This document shows, piece by piece, positions 26,321-36,181 of a stretch of 64,000 nt of DNA (position 1 is its first letter; each line of letters starts with the position of its first letter). The position numbers and the translations under genes are program-made. Under the pieces are notes generated by a model. That model did no database searches and was not told where the DNA came from. It saw nothing but the letters and a program-made list of their open reading frames with translations. Location of the stretch: positions 288,001 through 352,000 of the forward strand of contig CBDBOV010000001.1 in the NCBI GenBank assembly GCA_965208575.1. The letters are read 5' to 3'. This stretch comes from Spirochaetia bacterium. Lineage in GTDB: Bacteria; Spirochaetota; Spirochaetia; SZUA-6; Bin103.

Positions 26321-27709
26321 CTACGCGGTGTCGCCCACCTCGGCGCGCAGGCGCTCCAGTTCAGCGGTGAGTTCGGCGCGCACGGCGGCGTAGGCGGCGT
26401 CGTCGTACACGTTCACCAGCTCCCGCGGGTCGCGCTGCAGGTCGAACAGCTCCCATTCCGGCGGCGTGGGATCGCCGACCGCGCCGGCGGCATCGAGCGG
26501 GTCGCCGTAGTAGTAGATGAGCTTGTGGGTTTCGGTACGCACGCCGTAGTGGGCGGCGACGTCGAAGTGGGCGCCGTGCATCCAGTAGCGGTAGTACATG
26601 GAGGTGCGCCAGTCGCCGGCCGGCGCGCCGGCCAGGAGCGGGCGCAGGCTGCGGCCCGGCATGTCGTCCGGGATCGGCACCCCCGCCAGGTCGAGCACGG
26701 TGGGCGCGAAATCGACGTTGAGCACCATGCGGTCGTCGGCCAGGCCGGGCCGCGTGACGCCCGGCCCGCGCACCAGGAGCGGGATGCGGATCGACTCCTC
26801 GTACATGAAGCGCTTGTCGTAGAAGCCGTGGTCGCCGAGGAAGAAGCCGTGGTCGGAGGTGTACACCACCAGCGTGTCGTCGGCCAGGCCGGCCTCGTCG
26901 AGCCAGGCGAGCAGGCGACCGATGTTGTCGTCCACCGAGGCCACGCAGCGCAGGTAGCCCTTCATGAACGACTGGTAGTTCCAGCGCAGCAACTCGTCGC
27001 CGGTGAGGCCGGGCGGCGGCGGATCGGGGACGTGGTTGCGCAGGTGTGCGGTGGCCACCTTCTGCGTGCTGCGCGCGGCGGCGGCTGCGCGGCCCTGGTA
27101 GTCGTCGCGCAGGGTGGGCGGCTCCGGCAGGTCGCGGCCGGCGAACAGGTCGGCGTGGGCGGCGTCGTAGGTGAACGGGTCGTGCGGCGCCTTGTTGCCG
27201 AGGTAGAGAAAGAAGGGGCGGTCCCGGTCGCGGGCGCGCAGCCAGTCGAGCGCCATGTCGGCCAGGATGTCGGTCACGTAGCCGCGCCGGGTCACGGTGC
27301 CGCCCGCCTCGTGGAACTCCGGGTCCACGTACTTGCCCTGCACCGGCAGCACGCTCCAGTGGTCGAAGCCGACCGGATCGCTGTTGCCGCCGTGGCCAAG
27401 GTGCCACTTGCCAAGCGCCGCGGTCTGGTAGCCGGCGTCGTGCAGCAGCATGCCGAGCGTGTGTTCGCGGGTGTGGTCGATGACGTCGCTCAGGGTGCGG
27501 ATGCCGGTCGTGTGGCTGTACTTGCCGGTGAGCACGGTGGCCCGCGCCGGCGTGCAGATCGAGTTGGTGCAGAAACAGTTGTCGAAGCGCACGCCGTCCG
27601 CGGCCAGCCGGTCCAGGTTGGGCGTGGCCACCAGGCTGGGACCGTAGTTGGAGATCGCCGCCGGCGCATGATCATCGGCAATCACGAACAGAACGTTGGG
27701 CCTCGTCAT
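26321..27709 (-). CDS. Sulfatase (formylglycine-dependent S1 family), no signal peptide
   Basis: RPNVLFVIADDH, CTPARA (CxPxR), GKWHLG, YTSDHG, DKRFMYEESIRIP. Confidence 0.93.
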   Translation of the reverse strand: MTRPNVLFVIADDHAPAAISNYGPSLVATPNLDRLAADGVRFDNCFCTNSICTPARATVLTGKYSHTTGIRTLSDVIDHTREHTLGMLLHDAGYQTAALGKWHLGHGGNSDPVGFDHWSVLPVQGKYVDPEFHEAGGTVTRRGYVTDILADMALDWLRARDRDRPFFLYLGNKAPHDPFTYDAAHADLFAGRDLPEPPTLRDDYQGRAAAAARSTQKVATAHLRNHVPDPPPPGLTGDELLRWNYQSFMKGYLRCVASVDDNIGRLLAWLDEAGLADDTLVVYTSDHGFFLGDHGFYDKRFMYEESIRIPLLVRGPGVTRPGLADDRMVLNVDFAPTVLDLAGVPIPDDMPGRSLRPLLAGAPAGDWRTSMYYRYWMHGAHFDVAAHYGVRTETHKLIYYYGDPLDAAGAVGDPTPPEWELFDLQRDPRELVNVYDDAAYAAVRAELTAELERLRAEVGDTA

Positions 27710-27780
27710 GGCGCCATCATCAACCATTGCCAACCGCCATGGCCAGACGCCGCGGCCTCGGCGGCCTCGGCGCCGTGCTC

Positions 27781-27874
27781 TAGCCGCCCGTGGTGAAAAC
27801 CTGCGGCGCGCCGAACGCGGCGAGGCGGGATGGATCGCCGCTCGAATGCAGTCGGAGTTCACCACGGGCTGCCA
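27781..27874. mobile_element. Short MITE-like element, copy b, with terminal inverted repeats
   Basis: TAGCCGCCCGTGGTGAAAAC ... GAGTTCACCACGGGCTGCCA. Confidence 0.65.
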
Positions 27875-27911
27875 AGGTTCGCCTGCGACCCGCCGGGTGC
27901 ACGACCGTCGC

Positions 27912-29006
27912 TCAGTGCTGCTGCCGGTCCGACCCGCCGGGTGCAGACCGCCGCTCAGTGCTGCCACCGCGTATCAAGTTCAGGAAGTGGTCGGCGTCGT
28001 CGCACTGCAGCGCGGCCTGCATCAGCGCCGCGGCAGAGGTGGCCGGCGGTTCGGTCAGGTAGCGCGCCAGCGCGGGCGGCACCGGCACGCCCCGCGACGT
28101 CAACACCTGCAGCACGGCCTCCCGCCGCATCTCAGCCGCGGCCTCGGCACGGCCCTCGGCATGACCCTCGGCATGACCCTCGGCATGGCCCTCGGCATGG
28201 CCCTCGGCATGGCCCTCGGCATGGCCCTCGGCATGGCCCTCGGCGCGACTCTCGCGGCGCACGGCGCTCAGCAGCGGGTCGTCATCCGGGCCGGTTCCGT
28301 GCGCGGCTCCCAGCGTGCGCCCGATCCTGCGCAACGCGGCCATGGTGGCATACGACACCTCGCGCTCGTTCAACGCCAGGTGGATCTCCTTCGCCGTCCA
28401 GCCCGGCAAGGCCCGGCTGCTCGCGGCGGTGCGGAAGCTGCCGTGCTCCAGCAGGTAGTTCGTCAGGCATGGGCGCAGGCCTGCCGGGCGGCTTGGGGAG
28501 TACTGTTCAGGCACCTCGACCCACACCTCCGGGAAGCCCCACGATTCGTACAGCGACAGCTTGCCGCGGCGTACGTCGGTGGTGTTGTCGACCTCCAGCA
28601 CCACGTCCGGAAGCGTGTCGCTGCCCACTTCGATCCTGGCGCCGTCGGGCCGCGTGGTGCGCGGGTGCAGGTACACGGTCTGGTCGGCCTCCAGGATACG
28701 TCGCCAGGCGCCGTGGGCGTCGCGCAGCAGCAGGTCGGAGGCGCCGAACGTTGCGATGGGTGCGCCGCGCACGTGCGCGATGGTGTTGAGCAGCGCGGCC
28801 AGCACCTGCCCCGGCTGTTCGTGGTAGACGGAGACCGGATCGCACACCATGGCGGTCTCGGTGGCGGCGTCCCAGTACTCGATGCGGCGGTCGCTGTGTT
28901 CGATGTCGGCGCGCGTCATGGGCACCGGCCGGCAACCGGGAAACTCCAGCGGCGGCGCGTGTTGTTCGGCGGACGGTGGGGCGGTGGTGGTCGGAAGTTC
29001 AGCCAT
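27912..29006 (-). CDS. Uma2 (DUF820) PD-(D/E)XK nuclease-like protein with (AEGH)7 repeat
   Basis: RIEYWD, HEQP, LEADQTVY, PDVVLEVDNT, KLSLYESWGFPEVW; start ATG 29006. Confidence 0.85.
   Translation of the reverse strand: MAELPTTTAPPSAEQHAPPLEFPGCRPVPMTRADIEHSDRRIEYWDAATETAMVCDPVSVYHEQPGQVLAALLNTIAHVRGAPIATFGASDLLLRDAHGAWRRILEADQTVYLHPRTTRPDGARIEVGSDTLPDVVLEVDNTTDVRRGKLSLYESWGFPEVWVEVPEQYSPSRPAGLRPCLTNYLLEHGSFRTAASSRALPGWTAKEIHLALNEREVSYATMAALRRIGRTLGAAHGTGPDDDPLLSAVRRESRAEGHAEGHAEGHAEGHAEGHAEGHAEGHAEGRAEAAAEMRREAVLQVLTSRGVPVPPALARYLTEPPATSAAALMQAALQCDDADHFLNLIRGGSTERRSAPGGSDRQQH
28149..28244. repeat. Intragenic 12-bp tandem repeat x8 (AEGH/AEGR)
   Basis: ATG(G/A)CCCTCGGC units on the + strand. 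Confidence 0.95.
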
Positions 29007-29159
29007 GGCGCCGACCATACCATGGCTCAGACCGATCATTCCACAATGGTTCACCGTCGGGAACAGTCGGGTGGAAAGGCAGAGCGGCCACCTGCATCGA
29101 TTGTCGATGGCGATTCGTGTAGTGACACGGGCGGTGGGCATCCACCACACTCGCTTGTC

Positions 29160-30002
29160 ATGATCAGGGCGATCGACACCCATGTCCACTTCTGGGAGCT
29201 GGCCGGGTACCGCGGCTACGACGGCTGGTTCGCGGGGCGTGACTACCTGCGGCGCGACTACCTGCCGCACCACCTGCGCCCGGAGCTGGCGGCCGTCGGC
29301 GCCGAGGGCGCGGTGATCGTGGGGGCGGCGCCCGACTCGCACCGCCACAACCTCCAGTGGGGCGCGATGTGCGAGCGGCACGCCGACGTGCTCGGCCTGG
29401 TGGGCAGCTACGCCCTGACCTCGCCGCGCCTCGCCGAGTGGCTGGACGACTACGCGGGCAAGCCGTGGTTTCTGGGTATCCGCAGCCAGCCGGAGCTGCC
29501 GCCGGAGCGGTGGGGCGAGGACGCGGCCGCCGACCGCGGTGCGCGTGAGCTGCTGCGCCGCGGGCTGGTGCTGGACATCCTGGTGCAGCACCACCTGATT
29601 CCGGCGGTGGGGGTGTTCGCGCGGCGCCATCCCGACCTGCCCTTTGTGCTCAACCACTGCGGCCTGCCGCCGTTCCGGGACGGCGGCCTGGACGTGTGGG
29701 AGCGGCACGTGCGTGCGCTCGCGGCGCTGCCCAACGTGGTGGTGAAGTACTCGTCATTCTTGCTGCACTGCCATCCGCGCTGTGTGGCGGATGAGCTACG
29801 CAGCGCCGCCGGGGTGCTGTTCGAGGCGTTCGGCAGCGAGCGGCTGCTGTGGGGCAGCAACTGGCCGCCGGAATTGGTGGGCGGCAGTTACCGCGATGCG
29901 TTCGACACCATGATGGACGCCGCGCCGCCGCTTGCGGCGGACGAGCGCCGCGGGGTGCTGCGCGACAACGCCATACGGATATACCAACTGCCGGTCGGGT
30001 AG
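29160..30002 (+). CDS. Amidohydrolase_2 family protein (L-fuconolactonase-like)
   Basis: IDTHVHFW, RRDYLP, VLNHCGLP, RLLWGSNWP, NAIRIY. Confidence 0.88.
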   Translation: MIRAIDTHVHFWELAGYRGYDGWFAGRDYLRRDYLPHHLRPELAAVGAEGAVIVGAAPDSHRHNLQWGAMCERHADVLGLVGSYALTSPRLAEWLDDYAGKPWFLGIRSQPELPPERWGEDAAADRGARELLRRGLVLDILVQHHLIPAVGVFARRHPDLPFVLNHCGLPPFRDGGLDVWERHVRALAALPNVVVKYSSFLLHCHPRCVADELRSAAGVLFEAFGSERLLWGSNWPPELVGGSYRDAFDTMMDAAPPLAADERRGVLRDNAIRIYQLPVG

Positions 30003-30210
30003 CGACGCGGCGGCGCTGCCCTGGACGGCGCGCTCTTGGCCGGTGCGCCCGGTTGCGGCTCGCAGCGTGCGCCGGCCGGTTCGCGGCGTTGCCATCCGGC
30101 CACGAGCTTCGGCGCCGGCGCTCCGTCAGGCCGGCCTGAGTCTCGCGGTGCTTCCGGTTGAGGCGCTTCGGTGCCCGGCGCACGGGATCGGAAGCGCCGC
30201 GGCCGGATGT

Positions 30211-31128
30211 TCAGCCGCGGAACTCGGGGGACGGCTCTCGTTCCACCACCTCGCGCTGGTAGCCTTCCCAGTAGTATTGGTAGCGGTCCGACTTCCAGCC
30301 GGCGTACACCTCCGGCCAAGTGAGCCGGCCCTGGTGCACGCCGAGGTTCTTCCACATGATCTTGTCGGTCATCTTCTGGTAGCGGTAGTCGACCGACAGG
30401 CGGATGCGGTCGCCGGACACGTTGGGCAGCCCCTGGTGCACGGTCTTGCTGTGGAAGAACAGCGTGTCGCCGCGCTCGAACGGACTGGCCACCCACTCGC
30501 CGTCGAGGCACTCGTCGTTCACGCCGAGGCCGCCGGCCCCCTGGCGCTCGTGCACGGGCAGGATGCCGCGCCGGTGCGAGCCGCGCAGCACCGCCAGCCC
30601 GCCGAGGCTGATCGGACACGGGCCGAGCGGGATCCACGCGGTCCACACCTCGGGCGTGCCCTGCACGAGAACGAAGTCCTGGTGCGGCGGCGTGGTGTGC
30701 TCGAGCGTGTTCGGGAACATCACCCGCACGATGGTGCTCGGCTGCGGCATGCCGCGTTCGCCGAGCAGCGTCTCGGCCACGTCCAGCAGCGCCGGCTCGT
30801 GCGCCATGGTCTGGAACGACTCCAGCTTCTGGATGGCGTCGTAGATGGGGATGTACTCCGGCGTGCGGTTCAGCTTCGCCTCCTGGGTGGAGATGGCATC
30901 CAGCGGGTCGGTGCCGCGGTCCAGCCAGCCGGCTCCGTCGAGGATCGCCGCGATGTCGCGGCGCAGACGTGCGATCGGCTCGTCCGGCACCAGGGCGCGG
31001 ATGAACAGGTAGCCGTCTTCGAGCGCGCGGGCGCGCAGGTCGTTGGGGCGGTCGAGGAGATCGTCGCTTGCCGTGAACGGCGCGCAGCGCCGCTGCTCGG
31101 CGCCGACCTGGACAGTAGCGGTGGCCAT
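30211..31128 (-). CDS. PhyH family dioxygenase
   Basis: EDGYLFIR, TPPHQD, WTAWIPLG, GGLAVLRGSH, FHSKTVH, RLSVDYRYQ. Confidence 0.9.
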   Translation of the reverse strand: MATATVQVGAEQRRCAPFTASDDLLDRPNDLRARALEDGYLFIRALVPDEPIARLRRDIAAILDGAGWLDRGTDPLDAISTQEAKLNRTPEYIPIYDAIQKLESFQTMAHEPALLDVAETLLGERGMPQPSTIVRVMFPNTLEHTTPPHQDFVLVQGTPEVWTAWIPLGPCPISLGGLAVLRGSHRRGILPVHERQGAGGLGVNDECLDGEWVASPFERGDTLFFHSKTVHQGLPNVSGDRIRLSVDYRYQKMTDKIMWKNLGVHQGRLTWPEVYAGWKSDRYQYYWEGYQREVVEREPSPEFRG

Positions 31129-31189
31129 GCCGGCAGGATACTCAAAGCGCACCGCGCTGCACAAACCCACGCCGGGCCGGCGAGCCGGC

Positions 31190-32434
31190 CTATTCGTAGC
31201 GCAGGACCTGGGCAACGCTCATGCGGGCGGTGCGCAGTACCGGCACCAGCGCGGCGCCGGCGGTCATCAGCAGCGTGATGGCGGCCGGCACCAGGAAGTA
31301 GCGCAGGTCCAGGTGGATGGCGAAGGGCACCGGCAGATTGCTGCCGATCGGGAAGAAGGTGATCTCCAGCGCGTTGATCACGGCGCCGGCGGTGAGGCCG
31401 AGGCCCAGCGCCGCCGCCGCACCGAGCAGGTAGGTGGCCAGAGACTCCACCAGCAGCAACAGCAGCAACTGAGCGCGGGTGGTGCCGATGGCGCGCAGCG
31501 ATCCCAGTTCGCGCAGGCGCTCCAGGAAGGCCACCGACACGACCTCGAAGATGGCGACCATGGAGAGCACGGTGATAACCGCGATCGCGAAGGTGAACAG
31601 AAGGTCGTAGAACGACTTGAGCTGGTCGTAGAGGTCCTGTACTTCCCGCCAGCTCGACACGGCCACCGGCAGCCCGGTGTCGGCAAGCTGGTTGCGCAAG
31701 CGTATCCGCACCGCTTCCAGGTCTTGTTCCCGCCACTCCGTCCGTCCCGGCCGGAGTGGGCGCAGGAACACGAGGATCCGGTGTGCTCCCGCGGTGTCCA
31801 CGAGCTCGCGCGCGAACGGCAGCGGCACGTAGATTGCGTACGCGTCGTTGATGCTGCTGCCGGTGCGGACGACTCCCTTCAGGTGCAGCTCGGCGGTCCG
31901 CTCCGCACCCGCCGCGTCGTGGACGAACAGCGTCCCCTGCCGTTGCGACGCAACGGCAAGTTGCCGCGCCACGCCCTCGCCCAGGATGGCGGACGCATGA
32001 TCGCCTGAGGTCAGGTCGCGACCCGCCACCAGCAGCCGCCGGCTCGCGGCGCCGCGGTTCAGCCGGTCGGTCTCCACACCCACGGCGGCCACGCCCGTGC
32101 TGCGTTCGCCCGCCTGCAGCAGTCCCCCGAACAGCAGCTCCCTGCTCACGGTGCGCACTTCCGGAAGCGCCGTCACGACGCGCTCGACGCGGGCCAATGC
32201 CGCGCCCGGTATGAGCGGCTGTGCGCCCGGGCTGCCGTGCTGGTAGTCGGCGTGGTGAATCTGCAGGTCGCCGGCCTGGTTGCGGATTCCAAGGCTCAGA
32301 ACGGCGTACAGCCCCTGCAGGTAGGCGTGGCTCAGGAACAGCAGCCCGGTCCCGAGCGCGATGATCAGCACCGCGGCCACGGTGCGCCGCAGGTTGTGCA
32401 CCACGTTGAGCAGCGCGCAAATGATCAGCGGCAC
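31190..32434 (-). CDS. ABC transporter permease (FtsX/LolE/MacB type)
   Basis: N-terminal TM, large periplasmic domain, ERLRELGSLRAIG, three C-terminal TMs. Confidence 0.88.
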   Translation of the reverse strand: MPLIICALLNVVHNLRRTVAAVLIIALGTGLLFLSHAYLQGLYAVLSLGIRNQAGDLQIHHADYQHGSPGAQPLIPGAALARVERVVTALPEVRTVSRELLFGGLLQAGERSTGVAAVGVETDRLNRGAASRRLLVAGRDLTSGDHASAILGEGVARQLAVASQRQGTLFVHDAAGAERTAELHLKGVVRTGSSINDAYAIYVPLPFARELVDTAGAHRILVFLRPLRPGRTEWREQDLEAVRIRLRNQLADTGLPVAVSSWREVQDLYDQLKSFYDLLFTFAIAVITVLSMVAIFEVVSVAFLERLRELGSLRAIGTTRAQLLLLLLVESLATYLLGAAAALGLGLTAGAVINALEITFFPIGSNLPVPFAIHLDLRYFLVPAAITLLMTAGAALVPVLRTARMSVAQVLRYE

Positions 32435-32438
32435 GCGC

Positions 32439-33143
32439 CTACGCGCTCCGTTCCCGCAACTCGCCGTCGCGCATGTGCAGCAGCCGGTCGGTGGGCTCCA
32501 CCAGCGAGCGGTCGTGGGTGACCATCACGAAGGTGCGCCCGTCGGTGTGCTGCTGCTCGCGCAGCAGGGCGTAGACGCACCGCGACGACCGCGCGTCCAG
32601 GTTGCCGGTGATCTCGTCGCCGAGCACCACCTCCGGTTCCGCCACCAGGGCGCGGGCGAGGGCGACCCGCTGTCGCTGCCCCACGGACACGGCGTTGACC
32701 CGCCGGGTGAGCAGATCCCCGATCTCCAGGCGGTCGGCGATGCGCCCGACGCGGCGCCGCCGCTCGCGCCGCGGGATGCGCGCCAGCAGCAGGGGAAACT
32801 CGATGTTGCGGTAGCAGCTCATCAGCGGCACCAGCTCGAAGCCCTGCAGGACCACCGCCAGCCCGCGCCGGCGCAGGCGGGTGCGCTCGGCGTCGGTGTA
32901 GCCGCGCAACTCCCGTCCGCGATAGCGGATGCGGCCCTCGTCGACGGTATCGAGGCCGCTGAGCACGTTGAGCAGGGTGCTCTTGCCGCTGCCGGAGGGC
33001 CCGAGCACGACCGCGAAGTCGCCGCGCCGCACGGTGAGGTCGACGCCGCGCAGCGCGGCTACCGCGCCGGTCTTGCTGGGGTAGCGCCTGGTCGCGCTCC
33101 GCGCCTCCAGCAGCGGTGGCCGCGCATGGGTGCGCCCGTTCAC
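32439..33143 (-). CDS. ABC transporter ATP-binding protein (LolD/MacB type)
   Basis: GPSGSGKS, variant signature VSVGQRQR, DEITGNLD, VTHD. Confidence 0.92.
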   Translation of the reverse strand: MNGRTHARPPLLEARSATRRYPSKTGAVAALRGVDLTVRRGDFAVVLGPSGSGKSTLLNVLSGLDTVDEGRIRYRGRELRGYTDAERTRLRRRGLAVVLQGFELVPLMSCYRNIEFPLLLARIPRRERRRRVGRIADRLEIGDLLTRRVNAVSVGQRQRVALARALVAEPEVVLGDEITGNLDARSSRCVYALLREQQHTDGRTFVMVTHDRSLVEPTDRLLHMRDGELRERSA

Positions 33144-34042
33144 TGCAGCCGCTCCAGGTACAGCGCCGGGTCGTCGCCGGCGGCCAGGGCGCGGGCGGTC
33201 GCCACGGCCGGCGGGAAGCCGGGGGCGAACTCCAGCACCTGTGCGATCACCGCCGCCGCCTGCCCCGGTTCGCCGAGCTGGTGGTGGGTGACGCCGAGCC
33301 AGACGCCGGCGACCGCCCGTAGCGCCGGCGTCTCGCCGCCGAACGCTTTGCGGAAGTGCTTGAGCGCCTGCTTGCGGTCGCCGCCGAACGCCTTGGGGGC
33401 GTTGGCGAAGGTGAAGGCGAGGTTGAGGTGAGCCATCTGGTGGTCGGGATCGAGGTGCAGCGCGGTGGCGGTGGCCTGCCTGGCGGACCGGGCGAGCAGC
33501 ATCGCGCTGGCCGGGTTGGCGGCGATCTTCTGGCCCAGGATGGCGCCGTGCAGCGCGTGCCCGTCGGCGAAACCGACGCTCTGTTCCGCGAAGTGCTCGA
33601 TCTGCTCCAGCGCGCGGTCCAGGTAGCCGGCGCGTTCGTCGCCGCCGGTGCCGGCCAGCCGATGGTAGGCGTCGTACTCGATGCGGGCGCGCAGGTAGTG
33701 GTAGGCCGCCGGATCGCCGCGCAGCTCGTCGCTCCTCTCCCGCCAGCGCCGCATGTCGGCCGTGACCCGCGCCGGGTCGGGGGAGGCAGCGGTCGCCTGC
33801 CGGGCGAACCCCTCCGCCTGCACGCGCTCGTATTCGGCGAGCATCTGCGCCGCGGGTGGCGAGGGAGTGTAGTCGTGCAGTTCACGTGCGCCACCCGCGA
33901 AGCCGGCGGCCGTGCAGGTCAACAGCAGGATCAAAGTCGGGGCGGGCACTGCGGGTCGCGCGGGACGAAGAGCGTCGACCCATCGAGGTCGTCCGTCGGC
34001 CGCCACGGTCTGGTCGGAGTGGTACTGTTTCATCGTTTTCAT
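33140..34042 (-). CDS. Exported TPR-like repeat protein
   Basis: Hydrophobic N-terminal segment; TPR-like helices ALHLDPDH...APKAFGGD..QAL..F...VLEFAPGF. Confidence 0.7.
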   Translation of the reverse strand: MKTMKQYHSDQTVAADGRPRWVDALRPARPAVPAPTLILLLTCTAAGFAGGARELHDYTPSPPAAQMLAEYERVQAEGFARQATAASPDPARVTADMRRWRERSDELRGDPAAYHYLRARIEYDAYHRLAGTGGDERAGYLDRALEQIEHFAEQSVGFADGHALHGAILGQKIAANPASAMLLARSARQATATALHLDPDHQMAHLNLAFTFANAPKAFGGDRKQALKHFRKAFGGETPALRAVAGVWLGVTHHQLGEPGQAAAVIAQVLEFAPGFPPAVATARALAAGDDPALYLERLQ

Positions 34043-34094
34043 CGTTCGTCTCCAATCTGCTAGACTTGCACTCCACGCCGCACACGAGCCGGTG

Positions 34095-34424
34095 TCACCG
34101 CGCCCGTTCGATGAGGCGGGTCAGGTTCTCGATGTGCTGCGCGAGGTGCTGCTGTCCGCCGGCGGTGAGCTGGTACCAGGTGACCGGGCGCCGTTCGCGG
34201 TAGGTCTTGTCGACCGCCAGGTAGCCGGCGTCCTCCAGCTTGCGCAGGTGGGTGCCCAGGCTGCCGTCCTTCTCCTCCAGCACTTCCTTCAGCCGGCGGA
34301 ACGACATCGCGTCGTACTTGGACAGCAGCACGCAGATCGCCAGCCGGACGCGATGCTGAAGGAGCCCGTTCAGCGCCGCCAGCTCGTCCAGGTCGGGAAC
34401 GTCGGGATCAACAGGCATCGTCAC
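34095..34424 (-). CDS. Winged-helix transcriptional regulator (HTH_34/ArsR-MarR-like)
   Basis: LLQHRVRLAICVLL...SFRRLKE...DGSLGTHLRKLEDAGY...RPVTWYQLT..G. Confidence 0.9.
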   Translation of the reverse strand: MTMPVDPDVPDLDELAALNGLLQHRVRLAICVLLSKYDAMSFRRLKEVLEEKDGSLGTHLRKLEDAGYLAVDKTYRERRPVTWYQLTAGGQQHLAQHIENLTRLIERAR

Positions 34425-34493
34425 TCAGCACCGCGCCAGGCGGTCTCGGGGCGCCTGCGGGCCTTGGTGGCGGGCGTTGCACCCGGAGCGCCG

Positions 34494-34528
34494 TTCGAAT
34501 GCAGCCGGTGTTCCGCCACGGGCCGCTA
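34494..34528. repeat. Dispersed MITE-like repeat, copy c
   Basis: TTCGAATGCAGCCGGTGTTCCGCCACGGGCCGCTA. Confidence 0.6.
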
Positions 34529-34531
34529 TGG

Positions 34532-35101
34532 CTAACGGGCGGCATCGCGTGTGCGCGCTCCGAGGACCGCCTGCCAGACGAGCGCCCCCGCCACGAGGAC
34601 GCCGGCCAGCGTCCACTGGTACCCCGGTATGAACAGGGTCACCAGGTAACACACGCCGACTACCGCGCCCATCGCCAACATGCGGCGGTCCAGGTACAGG
34701 CCCGCATGAAAGTAGGACACGGCCAGCAGCAGCACCACGAGCGAACCGTACGCGGACCATGGCAGGTGTCCGGCTGCGACCAGGGCGGCGCCGAGCGCCC
34801 CGGCTGCCATGAATGCCAGCCAGTGCAATCCCCAGCGTGTGCCGGTCCGCGCGCCTCCCTGACCGGCATGGCGGCCGGCGCGATAGCCAAGCCATGCGGA
34901 GATACCGAATCCGGCGGGGCCCGCCACCGCCCAGAACCCTCCTACCCAGCGCCCGTCGGGTACGAAGTCCGCCAGCGCGAAGCCGCACAGCGAAATAACC
35001 GCCCACACCACGTATATCGACGGACTCGTCGCGGCTCCGGCCCGCTCGGCCGCGGCGCGCACGTACGCGATGTCTTCCTTGAGGTTGCCGGTCGTCGTCA
35101 C
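34532..35101 (-). CDS. Integral membrane protein (~6 TM), partner of the HTH_34 regulator
   Basis: LKEDIAYVRAAAER then repeated hydrophobic segments; GTG start at 35101. Confidence 0.8.
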   Translation of the reverse strand: MTTTGNLKEDIAYVRAAAERAGAATSPSIYVVWAVISLCGFALADFVPDGRWVGGFWAVAGPAGFGISAWLGYRAGRHAGQGGARTGTRWGLHWLAFMAAGALGAALVAAGHLPWSAYGSLVVLLLAVSYFHAGLYLDRRMLAMGAVVGVCYLVTLFIPGYQWTLAGVLVAGALVWQAVLGARTRDAAR

Positions 35102-35149
35102 CTGTTTGCCCCCTGACTCTCGATCCGAGATAACTCTCGAATACCGTAT

Positions 35150-35186
35150 ACTCTGAAATATAGAGTGCATGGGGATGGGTTGTCAA
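35150..35186 (-). promoter_or_regulatory. Promoter TTGACA-N18-TATATT overlapped by palindromic operator ACTCT-N7-AGAGT
   Basis: TGTCAA at 35181-35186 and AATATA at 35157-35162 on the + strand; ACTCTGAAATATAGAGT at 35150-35166. Confidence 0.6.
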
Positions 35187-35297
35187 CCTCGGCAACCCCG
35201 GGCTTCGAGTTCGCACGCACGCTGAACGCGGCTATGATTGGTGGGACGCTGGTGTGGAGCGCCCGGGCTCGGATCGGCGAGCGAGGAGGTGGGCGGT

Positions 35298-36152
35298 TTG
35301 AGCGAGACTGTGCAGGCGGCGGAGCTGCCGAGTCTGACGGAGGATCTGGAGACGGCGCGGAGGGACCTCGCGGTGTGGGGTTACGCGATGATCGCGAATG
35401 CGCTGACGGCGGAACAGGTGCGGGAGTGCCGGGAGCGGCTGCGGTCCCAGGCGGCGGCGGAGGAGGCGGCCGGGATCGGGCACTTCGACAACGGCGAGCT
35501 TAAGCTGAATCAGCGGGTGTGGAACCTGGTGAACAAGGGCGGGGTGTTCCGCGACCTGCTGTTCCACCCGGTGCTGCGCGAGTTGCTGCCGGAACTGCTC
35601 GGCGAGGACTACACGCTGTCGAGTTTCACCGCGAACATCGCCGCGCCGGGCGGGGAGCCGATGGCGCTGCATTCGGACCAGGGGTACACGCCGCGCTCGT
35701 TGCCGATCCGGGTGGTGGTCAACACGGCCTGGATGCTGGAGGACCACTCGGAGGAGAACGGCGGCACGCGGCTGGTGCCGGGCAGCCACCTGTGGCCGGA
35801 GTTGCCCGCGGACAAGCCGGAGGTGGCAAGCATTGCCGCCACCGGGCCGGCGGGGACGATGGTGATGTTCGACGGGCGCCTGTGGCACGGCACCGGCGCC
35901 AACCGCACTACCCGCCGGCGGCACCTGCTGCTCGGCTACTTCTGCCGCCCGTGGATCCGGCCGCAGGAGAACTTCACCCTGTCGCTGCTCGACGAGCTGT
36001 ACGAGAAGGCTTCGCCCGAACTGCTCGGGCTGCTCGGATTCCGGACCCACGCCACGCTCGGCAACGTGAACGGCGTGATCGTCCCCAACGGCGCCCTGAT
36101 CGACCGCGGCCGGCAGGTAGGGCCGATGGAGGCTACCCCACCACCGGAGTAG
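35298..36152 (+). CDS. PhyH family dioxygenase
   Basis: GGAGG plus TTG start; LHSDQG (HxD), ENGGTRLVPGSH, DGRLWHGTGAN, RPQEN. Confidence 0.9.
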   Translation: MSETVQAAELPSLTEDLETARRDLAVWGYAMIANALTAEQVRECRERLRSQAAAEEAAGIGHFDNGELKLNQRVWNLVNKGGVFRDLLFHPVLRELLPELLGEDYTLSSFTANIAAPGGEPMALHSDQGYTPRSLPIRVVVNTAWMLEDHSEENGGTRLVPGSHLWPELPADKPEVASIAATGPAGTMVMFDGRLWHGTGANRTTRRRHLLLGYFCRPWIRPQENFTLSLLDELYEKASPELLGLLGFRTHATLGNVNGVIVPNGALIDRGRQVGPMEATPPPE

Positions 36153-36181
36153 CGCCGTGCCCGCAACAGAAGGTGCGGTGG

